From: Armatimonadota bacterium
GTDB lineage: Bacteria > Sysuimicrobiota > Sysuimicrobiia > Sysuimicrobiales > Humicultoraceae
Direction of reading: 5' to 3'
NCBI GenBank assembly: GCA_037446215.1
Contig: JBBIJB010000015.1
Coordinates: 15,840 to 37,076, forward strand
Length of the DNA stretch: 21,237 nt
Position 1 is the first letter of the stretch, and every line of letters starts with the position of its first letter. The notes below the pieces were generated by a model, which worked only from the letters and a program-made list of their open reading frames with translations, had not been told where the DNA came from and did no database searches. This document shows, piece after piece, positions 1 through 9,113 of this stretch. A program made the translations under genes and the position numbers.

Positions 1-2
1 AG

Positions 3-170
3 GAGTTGCTGCGTCAGGCAGGCGCGCGGGCGGGGGCCCTGAGGGCCGCCAACCCGAACGCGTCGGTGTACGACTCGGGGCGGTTGGGCGGGCTCAACGT
101 GCTGATGGTCCTGCGGCAGCCCCCTGCCGCCTATGGGCTTCCCGAGAAGCCGCAGCCTGTGAAGGCATAG
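3..170 (+). CDS. 3' fragment of a 4Fe-4S dicluster electron-transfer subunit (FdnH/HybA-like beta subunit), truncated by the window edge
   Basis: Manual translation ELLRQAGARAGALRAANPNASVYDSGRLGGLNVLMVLRQPPAAYGLPEKPQPVKA* matches the 'A.R...L...A.xY...GG..V.xVL...P..YGLP..P' tail of FdnH-type subunits. TAG at 168-170 is followed directly by the SD (GAGGAG) of the next gene. No Cys motifs are visible in the window. Confidence 0.7.
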   Translation, partial: ELLRQAGARAGALRAANPNASVYDSGRLGGLNVLMVLRQPPAAYGLPEKPQPVKA

Positions 171-182
171 GAGGAGATTGCG

Positions 183-2366
183 ATGGAGCTAACGCGAAGG
201 CGGCTTCTCGGCACCGCTGGGTTCTCCGCGGCCGCGGTGGCGGGTGCCCCGCTCGTCGATATGGACCGCTGGTTGGTGGCGCTCGCCGACGCGCCTGCCG
301 ACGTAAGGCCGTCGATCTGCAACGGCTGCAGCAGCCACTGCGGCATGCAGGTGCATGTGCGTGGCGGGCGCCTGTGGAAGGTGACCGGCCACCCCGAGCA
401 CGGCCGCTCCCTGGGCCGGCTCTGCGCGCGGGCGCACGGCGCGGTCGGCTGGCTGTACGATCCCGACCGGCTGGCACAGCCGCTCAAGCGGGACGGGACG
501 CGCTTCCTGCCGGTCTCCTGGGACCAGGCGCTGGACGAGATCGGCGAGCGCCTCAAGGTCATCCTCGCGCAGCACGGGCCCGGCGCCCTGTTCTGGAGCC
601 ACAACCCCCGCGCTGACGGGGTCCTCTACGGCACCCAGTTCATGCACGCGCTGGGCGCGCCCACTATCGTCACCCACAACGCCGCCTGCAACACCGCGCT
701 GACCGTGGGGTTCGGCGCCGTGCTCGGCGGCGTTCCCGAGGTAGACCTCGCGAACACGAAGTACCTGCTGCTGGTCGGCCGCAACTACGCGGAGGGCATC
801 CGCACCAGCTCCAGCATCGCCCTGGGTCAGGGCCTGGCGGCCGGGGCCAGGATGGTGGTGGTCGATCCGCGCCACTCCGCCACCGCGGCGATCGCGAGCG
901 AATGGATCCCGATCAGGCCGGGCACGGATCTGGCGCTTGTCCTGGCGCTGGCCAACGTGCTGATAACCGAGAACCGGTACGACGCGCAGTTCGTGCGGGA
1001 CCACACCACCGGCTTCGAGGAGTTCCGCCAGATGGTGCTCGCGCACACGCCGGAGTGGGCCGCGGTCGAGACGGGAATCCCGGCCGCCACGATCCGCCGC
1101 ACGGCCCGCGACCTCGCGGCCGCGCGGCCCCACTGCGCGGTCGATCCCTCCTGGAAGGGTGCTTTCGGGGCGAACTACTCCAACAGCACCGACACCGCAC
1201 GGGCGGTCGCGTGCCTCAACGCGCTGCTCGGCAACATCGGCGCCAAGGGCGGGCTGGTGTTCTACTCGGGCCCGCGGCTGGGCAGCCCTCCTGCCTCGCG
1301 TTGGCCTGCCCCCCCGCGGCCGACGGTGGCCCGCTCCGACGGGGCCGGGGTCGCGGGCGAGTTCCCGCTGGCGCCGTCCCAGGGCGTGCCCCAGCACCTG
1401 ATGAGCAAGGCGCTGCAGGGTAAGGTCAAGGCCGGGATCGTCCTGCACCACAACCCGGTGCGCAACTTCCCCGATCCAAAGCACATGGAAGCGGGGATGA
1501 GGGCTCTCGACCTGCTGGTGGTGATCGATACCCATCTCACCGAAACCGCGATGGTGGCCCACTACGTCCTGCCCGAACCCTCGTTCCTGGAGCAGGAGGA
1601 GCTCATCGAGGGGACGCCCGGCGAGCGGGCGACCGTCGCTATGCGGACCCAGGTGGTCCCGAAGCGGTTCACCTACACGAAGCCGCTGCCCGAGATCATC
1701 GAGGGGCTGGCCAAGCGGCTCGGGATCGAGCGGTTCTTCGCGGCCTCGCTCGAAGAGCACAACCGCGCGCGCCTCGCACCCCACGGGGTCACGCTCGAGC
1801 AGTTCCGCGAGCGGGGTTCGATGCTGGTCGCTCCATCGACGCCGTTCCAGTACGGGATGCGGCGCCTGGGCACTGCTTCAGGCAAGGTGGAGTTCGCCTC
1901 TGAGCGGTTCGCGCGGTTCGGGTTCTCGGCCGTGCCGGCGTGGGTGGCTCCCAAGGTCAGCCCCAACCTGGCGGACCCGCGTGCATTCCGGCTGATACAC
2001 GGCAAGCAGGGCTACCACAGCCACACGGCCACCGCCAACATCCCCGTCCTCCTGCAGATCACCAAGGACAGCGGAGGCGAGCGCATCTGGATCCACCCGC
2101 GCCGCGCCGCGCGCCTCGGAATCAAGGACGGCGACCTGGTCAAGGTGAGCTCGCAGATGGCGAGCCAGACCGTGCGCGCCAGGGTAACCAACCGGATCCA
2201 TCCCGAGGCGGCGTTTCTGCCCGCGGGCTACGGGCGGACCTCTCCGCACATGCGGACCGCCTTCGGGTTCGGGATAAGCCCCAACGACTTCACCGCGTCC
2301 GACGCCGAGCCGATTTCGGGCCACGCGATGATGCACGAGGTAGTCATCTGGATAGACAAAGCCTAA
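183..2366 (+). CDS. Tat-exported molybdopterin (Mo/W-bisPGD) oxidoreductase catalytic subunit, polysulfide/thiosulfate/selenite reductase (PsrA/PhsA/SrrA)-like, 727 aa
   Basis: Twin-arginine signal (TRRRLL), FS0 motif CNGCSSHC...C, candidate Cys metal ligand in HNAACN, DMSO-reductase-family motifs VVVDPR, WIPIRPGTD and ETAMVAHYVLP, C-terminal molybdopterin-dinucleotide-binding domain (IHPRRAARLGIKDGDLV), SD GAGGAG at 171-176. Confidence 0.88.
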   Translation: MELTRRRLLGTAGFSAAAVAGAPLVDMDRWLVALADAPADVRPSICNGCSSHCGMQVHVRGGRLWKVTGHPEHGRSLGRLCARAHGAVGWLYDPDRLAQPLKRDGTRFLPVSWDQALDEIGERLKVILAQHGPGALFWSHNPRADGVLYGTQFMHALGAPTIVTHNAACNTALTVGFGAVLGGVPEVDLANTKYLLLVGRNYAEGIRTSSSIALGQGLAAGARMVVVDPRHSATAAIASEWIPIRPGTDLALVLALANVLITENRYDAQFVRDHTTGFEEFRQMVLAHTPEWAAVETGIPAATIRRTARDLAAARPHCAVDPSWKGAFGANYSNSTDTARAVACLNALLGNIGAKGGLVFYSGPRLGSPPASRWPAPPRPTVARSDGAGVAGEFPLAPSQGVPQHLMSKALQGKVKAGIVLHHNPVRNFPDPKHMEAGMRALDLLVVIDTHLTETAMVAHYVLPEPSFLEQEELIEGTPGERATVAMRTQVVPKRFTYTKPLPEIIEGLAKRLGIERFFAASLEEHNRARLAPHGVTLEQFRERGSMLVAPSTPFQYGMRRLGTASGKVEFASERFARFGFSAVPAWVAPKVSPNLADPRAFRLIHGKQGYHSHTATANIPVLLQITKDSGGERIWIHPRRAARLGIKDGDLVKVSSQMASQTVRARVTNRIHPEAAFLPAGYGRTSPHMRTAFGFGISPNDFTASDAEPISGHAMMHEVVIWIDKA

Positions 2367-3016
2367 ACGGCGGGGGGAAGCAAGGCGCGCAGGAGGGTCG
2401 CGCGGAACTCTTTCGGCTCCTGTCCGCGGCCCTCTTGCCGCCTTCGGAGGAACTGATCGAGGCAGTGGCCGACGGCTCCTTCGCAGGGGCGGTGGCGCGC
2501 TCTCTCGCCGTCTGCGGATGCCCGGCAGAGGTACCGGACGTGTTGACCTCCCCGCGCGCCCCCCACCCCGGCGCAGGGCTGGCCGAGGAGTACTGGCACT
2601 GGTTCGGCGACCCCGCCGGGCCGCGCATACACCTCATCGAGTCGGTCTACGTCCAATGGACGCGACTGGCCGGGTCAGGGCTGCCCTTCGCGAACGAGCG
2701 CGGCTGGCTGGGCGGCGACAGCGTGGTGCACATGGCCGACCTGTACTCGAGCCTTGGCCTGACCGTGCCCGAGGAGTGGGCGCACGCGCCCGACCACCTG
2801 GCGCTGGAGATGGAGTTCCTCGCCCTGCTGGCAGAACACGGAACGCCCGGGCAGCAGGAGCAGTTCCTGCGGCAGCACCTCGGATGGCTCCCCCACCTGG
2901 TATCGAGGGCAGAGGCAGCGGGCGTGGACGGCTTCTACCGGGCCCTGCTGACGCTCGTCGCCCAGGTGGTGGACCGGCTTCTGGTGGAGGCGGCGGGAAT
3001 CGAACCCGCGTCCTGA
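2348..3016 (+). CDS. TorD/DmsD-family redox enzyme maturation chaperone, about 222 aa (start inferred at CTG 2348)
   Basis: C-terminal part of ORF 1940..3016 carries TorD motifs ESVY, PDHLALEMEFL, FLRQHLGW and FYRAL. It follows a Tat molybdoenzyme. SD-like GAGGT at 2337-2341 lies 6 nt before the in-frame CTG. The start is uncertain. Confidence 0.85.
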   Translation: MDRQSLNGGGKQGAQEGRAELFRLLSAALLPPSEELIEAVADGSFAGAVARSLAVCGCPAEVPDVLTSPRAPHPGAGLAEEYWHWFGDPAGPRIHLIESVYVQWTRLAGSGLPFANERGWLGGDSVVHMADLYSSLGLTVPEEWAHAPDHLALEMEFLALLAEHGTPGQQEQFLRQHLGWLPHLVSRAEAAGVDGFYRALLTLVAQVVDRLLVEAAGIEPAS

Positions 3017-3331
3017 GTGGATGAGGGCAAGGCCTCTACGAGCGTGTCCCGCGCTCTGGTTCTCGCCCCCTGGGACTCCCGCAGGCCGGATTCCCAGGCG
3101 GCCAGCCCGTTGTGTTTCCCGTCAAGCGTCCCGGGCCAGGGCGCCTGACGGTAGCCGGCTTGTGGCGCTTCTCCCGGGCCGCCGGCCCTACCGGGGAAGC
3201 GTCGCTGTTATTTAAGCAGCGAGTGCGTACTGTGTGTTGGCGTTTGTGCGCCTGCCAGTTGATTAACGAGGACCTGACCACCTCGGCTCGCAGCCCTGCT
3301 GCTTCCCACCCAGTCGAGACCGTTCGCCCCC
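2982..3331 (-). ncRNA. ssrA: tmRNA (transfer-messenger RNA), 350 nt
   Basis: 5' end GGGGGCGAACGGTCTCGAC pairs with 3' end GGTTCGATTCCCGCCGCCTCCACCA, giving a 7-bp acceptor stem with the G3-U70 alanine identity pair, a T-arm and an encoded CCA. Internal tag frame ANTQYALAA-TAA. smpB is 1.1 kb upstream. Confidence 0.97.
3212..3241 (-). other. tmRNA proteolysis tag reading frame ANTQYALAA*
   Basis: Minus strand GCC AAC ACA CAG TAC GCA CTC GCT GCT TAA. The YALAA ending is canonical. The resume codon is inferred from tag homology. Confidence 0.9.
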
Positions 3332-3368
3332 ACGAACTGTGAAGTTTCGATGACCGGGTATCATCACA

Positions 3369-3396
3369 ATTATACCACCCCGGCGGCGCGCCTCAA
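3369..3396 (-). promoter_or_regulatory. Sigma70/A-type promoter of ssrA (extended -10)
   Basis: TGGTATAAT at 3377-3369 overlaps the sua5 stop codon. TTGAGG lies 16 nt upstream of the -10 hexamer. The element is 37 nt upstream of the mature tmRNA 5' end. Confidence 0.75.
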
Positions 3397-4416
3397 CCGG
3401 TCCATCACGGCGCGCCCTACCCCCTCCTCCCCTATCCCCTCGGCGACGATGGCGCCGAGCCCTGCCTCGTCCAGCTCGCGCATCTGCGCGAACAGGTTCG
3501 ACGCGATCCCCGCAGGATCGGCCCGCCGCCCCATGACACGCACCACCGCGCCCGCCGGCACGGCCGGCGCGCTCTCCGAGGTCACCATCACCCCGACGCG
3601 GAGGCCCTGCTCCCACAGCCCTCTGACCGCCTCGGCCACCCTTGCAGGGGACTCGTCTGCCGGTGCGTCCACGAGCACGACCCGCGCCCGGGGGGCATAG
3701 TGGCGGTAGCGGGTGCCGGGCGAGCGGGCCAGCATCTCTCCGGTGTCGGCCGGTCCTGGACCCGCGCCCGCGACGATAACCCGACCGACCGCGGCCTCCA
3801 GCGCCTCCAGCCCAACGCCGCCCGGCCTCAGCAGCACCGGCACAGGCCCGGTCACGTCGAGCACCGTGGACTCCACTCCGACCGGCGTCGGCCCTCCGTC
3901 CAGGACCAGATCGACCGAGGCGCCGAGGTCCTCTATCACGTGGCGGGCCGTCGTGGGGCTGGGCCTGCCTGAACGGTTGGCGCTCGGCGCGGCGACCGGA
4001 CAGCCAGAGGCCCGGATCAACGCGAGCGCCACCTTGTGCGCGGGCATCCGTACGGCCACGGTCCGAAGCCCGCCCCGCGTCACCGCGGGAACCGAGTCGA
4101 GCGCCGGCAGCACAAGGGTCAGCGGCCCGGGCCACCACCTATCGATCAGCGGCAGCGCCTGGGACGGTACCTCCGCGGCCAGCAGTCCCACGTCGCGGGC
4201 GTCCGCGATGTGGACGATGATAGGGTTGTCGGCCGGCCTGCCCTTCGCCTTGAAGATCCGGCCCACCGCCCCCGCGTCTAGGGCATCCGCCCCCAACCCG
4301 TAGACCGTCTCCGTGGGAAAGGCGACCAGCCCTCCCGAGGCCAGCACCGAGGCGGCCTCGTCGATTGCCTCTTCCTGAGGGTGCGTGGGGTCTACCTGGA
4401 TGCGCCTGGCGCTCAT
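3370..4416 (-). CDS. sua5: L-threonylcarbamoyladenylate synthase, Sua5 type (YrdC domain plus SUA5 C-terminal domain), 348 aa
   Basis: Motifs VAFPTETVYGLGADA, KGRPADNP, APSANRSG, GVESTV, SPG..YRHYAP and A.MDRLRRAA. Confidence 0.96.
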   Translation of the reverse strand: MSARRIQVDPTHPQEEAIDEAASVLASGGLVAFPTETVYGLGADALDAGAVGRIFKAKGRPADNPIIVHIADARDVGLLAAEVPSQALPLIDRWWPGPLTLVLPALDSVPAVTRGGLRTVAVRMPAHKVALALIRASGCPVAAPSANRSGRPSPTTARHVIEDLGASVDLVLDGGPTPVGVESTVLDVTGPVPVLLRPGGVGLEALEAAVGRVIVAGAGPGPADTGEMLARSPGTRYRHYAPRARVVLVDAPADESPARVAEAVRGLWEQGLRVGVMVTSESAPAVPAGAVVRVMGRRADPAGIASNLFAQMRELDEAGLGAIVAEGIGEEGVGRAVMDRLRRAAGVV

Positions 4417-4428
4417 GGCGGCCGCCCG

Positions 4429-4932
4429 CTACCCGCCTCTGGGTCGCCTGCCCGTCCGGCCCCTCTCGTCGGAGGAGTGCTTCAGGGCGCGGTCCGCCTG
4501 CCGGGCCGCGTCGCGCTCGCCGACGGTCTCGCGCTTGTCGTAGAGCCGCTTCCCGCGCGCGAGCGCTATCTCGACCTTGGCGACCCCCCTCTTGAAGTAG
4601 AGGCGCAGGGGCACCAGCGTGTAGCCCTTCTGGTTCGCCCGGCCCTCCAGCCGTCGGATCTCGTAGCGGTGGAGCAGCAGCCTTCGCCGGCGCAGCGGCT
4701 CGTGGTTGAATATGTTCCCGGCATCGTAGGGAGGGATGTGCAGGTGGTGCAGCCAGACCTCTCCCCTCTCGATCCGGGCGAACGCCTCGCCCAGGGTCAC
4801 CCTGCCGGTCCGCAGCGACTTGACCTCGGTCCCGGTCAGCGCGAGCCCTGCCTCGTAGGACTCCTCGATCTCGTACTCGTGGCGGGCGCGCCGGTTGGTC
4901 GCTACCGTCTTCTCGCCCTCTTCACGCGGCAC
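4429..4932 (-). CDS. smpB: SsrA-binding protein SmpB (alternative GTG start at 4941)
   Basis: Motifs NRRARHEY, EAGLALTGTEVKSLR, RRLLLHR.EI and GKRLYDKRE. SD-like GGGGGTG lies 6 nt before GTG 4932. Confidence 0.97.
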   Translation of the reverse strand: MPREEGEKTVATNRRARHEYEIEESYEAGLALTGTEVKSLRTGRVTLGEAFARIERGEVWLHHLHIPPYDAGNIFNHEPLRRRRLLLHRYEIRRLEGRANQKGYTLVPLRLYFKRGVAKVEIALARGKRLYDKRETVGERDAARQADRALKHSSDERGRTGRRPRGG

Positions 4933-5197
4933 GGCCGCCACCCCCCAGCGTCCTTGCCAGAACTATAAGGACGGCCCCGACGGCCGCCACGGTGAGCAGC
5001 AGGATGCCCGACGCGAAGCCGAGCAGGGCCACGCCGAGGACGAGTGCCAGCAGCGTCCATCCGCCCGTCTCCAGGAACTCGAAGAACCTGGGTGCGCGTG
5101 TCCCGCGAAGGTACCGGGCGTGGTGGGCAATCACCACCGCCGCGGATCCGGCGAACCCCGCAAGCATTATGAGCGTGAGAAGCCACGACCCTCTCAT
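4922..5197 (-). CDS. Small hydrophobic membrane protein of unknown function, 91 aa, probably leaderless
   Basis: Two to three hydrophobic stretches. It fills the gap between the GNAT gene and smpB on the same strand, and its stop overlaps the smpB start. A -10 element lies 7 nt before the ATG. Confidence 0.7.
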   Translation of the reverse strand: MRGSWLLTLIMLAGFAGSAAVVIAHHARYLRGTRAPRFFEFLETGGWTLLALVLGVALLGFASGILLLTVAAVGAVLIVLARTLGGGGRAA

Positions 5198-5204
5198 GGC
5201 AAAG

Positions 5205-5213
5205 ATCTTACCA
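5205..5213 (-). promoter_or_regulatory. Extended -10 promoter element (TGGTAAGAT) for the small membrane protein-smpB unit
   Basis: Minus strand TGG-TAAGAT-ctttgcc-ATG. The 7-nt spacing puts the predicted transcription start on or next to the ATG, and no SD is present. Confidence 0.6.
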
Positions 5214-5233
5214 CCGCAAGGCCCGCGAGGGCC

Positions 5234-6106
5234 CTACAGCACGCGCTCCGCATAAAGGTAGGTCCGCTCGACCGCGAAACCCAGCGCGCGCAGGAACGGA
5301 CCTGAAACCGGGTCGAGTGCCCAGCAGGTGGAGTAGGGGACGAGGCCCCGCGCGTGCAGGGCGCCGACCACCGCGCCGGCCAGGGCGCGGCCCAGCCCGC
5401 GCCGCCGGTGGGTCTCCCTCACCCCTACGAACCAGCCAACCCGGCTGGGACGGACCTCGAACGCGGCCATGCCGGCTAGAAACGTCTCTTTGAGCGCGAT
5501 GTGGACGCGGCCCTCCTTGGAGCCGATAATCCGCTCGATCTCATCGGAACCGTGACGGTCGTCCGCGACCTCTCGCGCCAGGCGCCCGGCCTCCCGCGCG
5601 TCCGCGGAGGTGGCGCGCCGGATCTCGTAGCCCTCCGGGGGGGTGGCCGCGGGCCGCTTGGGACCCCGGTGCCTGTGGACGAGCAGCGCATCTGCCGCCG
5701 TGGCCTGAAGGTGGCGGGCCACGGCAAAGCCGAAGGCGTTTGACTCGGCCACCCGCATCATCAGCGCCTGCTGGCGCTCCTTCTGGAACAGGCCCACCAG
5801 ATGTGCGCCCATCCGGCTGACGAGAGCCTCCCTCGTTCGCCCGGGGTAGCCGGAGAAGCCGTCGATCAGGAGCTCCTCGACCAGATGCTGCCTACCGCCA
5901 CGTCCCACCACCAGCAGCCCCGAGGGGCGTCGATCGACCTCGATGAGGCTGACCTCCTTCTCCGACCTCACCCACCACAGGTCGTTCGGCTGCAGCGGGC
6001 CGTCGCGGTCGAAGGTGGCGGAGTAGCCGCCCGAGTAGGCGGCATCGAGCATCTGGACGAGCGCGGTCCCATCCTCTGTCTTCGCGGGTCTGATGGAGAG
6101 ATGCAA
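5234..6106 (-). CDS. Tandem-domain GNAT family N-acetyltransferase, 290 aa
   Basis: Two 'IRxA' domain starts (IRPAKTED and IRRATSAD). Acetyl-CoA motif GVRETHRRRGLGRAL and FLRALGF in the C-terminal domain. TTG start 6 nt after the rsfS stop. Confidence 0.8.
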   Translation of the reverse strand: MHLSIRPAKTEDGTALVQMLDAAYSGGYSATFDRDGPLQPNDLWWVRSEKEVSLIEVDRRPSGLLVVGRGGRQHLVEELLIDGFSGYPGRTREALVSRMGAHLVGLFQKERQQALMMRVAESNAFGFAVARHLQATAADALLVHRHRGPKRPAATPPEGYEIRRATSADAREAGRLAREVADDRHGSDEIERIIGSKEGRVHIALKETFLAGMAAFEVRPSRVGWFVGVRETHRRRGLGRALAGAVVGALHARGLVPYSTCWALDPVSGPFLRALGFAVERTYLYAERVL

Positions 6107-6112
6107 GGGGGC

Positions 6113-6491
6113 CTATGCCTCCGCCGTGCGCTCCCTGTTGACGATCGGGGCGTCGCCCCAGAGCCGCTCCAGCCTGTAGAACTCCCGTGCCTCGGGCCCG
6201 AAGACGTGCACGACGACGTCTCCGTAGTCGAGGAGGACCCACTGCCCCGCCTCGGCGCCCTCCCTGATCCCCTTCATCTTGTGGGCGGCCAGGGCCTCCT
6301 GGACCCCGTCGGTGATCGCGCGTATCTGGACCCTGCTCCCACCGGTGCAGATGACGAAGTAGTCCGTTACTTGGGTGAGCTCGCGCAGGTCGAGGATCAC
6401 TACCCGCTCGGCGCGCTTGGCGTCCGCGGCGTCCGCCGCGAGAAGGGCCTTGGACAGCGACTCAGGCGTGCCGACGCCCTCTCTTCGCGCC

Positions 6492-6499
<8 letters not shown>
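6113..6499 (-). CDS. rsfS: Ribosome silencing factor RsfS (Iojap), 128 aa
   Basis: Motifs TDYFVICTG, WVLLDYGDVVVHVF and REFYRLERLWGDA. Canonical position after nadD. Confidence 0.97.
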
Positions 6500-8571
<2,072 letters not shown>

Positions 8572-8614
8572 GACTGCTCTCCTCTGCTACAGCGGTGCTC
8601 TACCTACTATGATC

Positions 8615-8935
8615 TCATCCCTCGGCCGGGGGAGCAATCCGCTCGATCCGAACCTCGGTGAAGGACTGGCGGTGGCCGGTCTTGCGACGAGAGTGCGCCT
8701 TGGCCTTGTACTTCATCACGATGATCTTTCGCGCCCTGCCCTGGCGCACGACTCGAGCCTGCACGGAGGCGCCCTCGACTACCGGCGCGCCGATGTGCGT
8801 CTGGCCGTCGCCGACCATCAGGACGCGTTCGAACGTAATGACGTCGCCCGGCGCGCCGTCGATCTTCTCGACGCGGACCAGGTCGCCCTCGCGAACGGTT
8901 TGCTGCTTGCCTCCGGTGTCAATGACTGCGTACAC
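8615..8935 (-). CDS. rplU: 50S ribosomal protein L21, 106 aa
   Basis: MYAVIDTGGKQ and GHRQ.FT motifs. SD GGAGGT. GTG start. Confidence 0.98.
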   Translation of the reverse strand: MYAVIDTGGKQQTVREGDLVRVEKIDGAPGDVITFERVLMVGDGQTHIGAPVVEGASVQARVVRQGRARKIIVMKYKAKAHSRRKTGHRQSFTEVRIERIAPPAEG

Positions 8936-8960
8936 GTGCCACCTCCATTAGGCCCGAAGA

Positions 8961-8989
8961 ATTCTATCACGGTACCGGGGGGGCGTCAA
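8961..8989 (-). promoter_or_regulatory. Sigma70/A promoter of the rplU-rpmA operon
   Basis: TTGACG (8989-8984), 17-nt spacer, TAGAAT (8966-8961), with an extended TG. Confidence 0.85.
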
Positions 8990-9020
8990 TTTTCGACCAG
9001 AGCCTCACCCCGGTCCGCGT

Positions 9021-9048
9021 GCAGGAACGGCCCCAGCCTCGCCAGAAT
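9021..9048 (+). promoter_or_regulatory. Candidate sigmaH-like alternative-sigma promoter of the S8 protease gene
   Basis: GCAGGA (9021-9026), 18 nt, GAAT (9045-9048) fits the Bacillus sigmaH AGGA-N17/18-GAAT pattern, 65 nt before the GTG start. Confidence 0.4.
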
Positions 9049-9113
9049 CCAGGCCCTGTCGGGGAGAGTGTTCTAGCAGGAACGCTGCACGAGACAACCG
9101 GAGGGGGTGTAGT

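Noticed and set aside
1940..2347. N-terminal 136 codons of ORF 1940..3016 as a real extension or frameshift fusion
   Set aside because: They overlap the oxidoreductase in another frame, are low in complexity, and show no obvious slippery site. TorD similarity begins only after about 2390.
2967..2988. 7-nt repeat TGGTGGA (2967-2973 and 2982-2988) duplicating the tmRNA 3' end, as a possible att scar
   Set aside because: Too short, inside coding sequence and expected by chance. No integrase is present in the window.
2982..3013. tRNA gene suggested by the T-arm and CCA
   Set aside because: There is no anticodon arm, and the matching 5' acceptor strand is about 340 nt away, so this is the tRNA-like domain of tmRNA.
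3021..3342. Short ORFs 3021..3215, 3036..3281 and 3112..3342
   Set aside because: They lie within the tmRNA gene, which fully explains the region.
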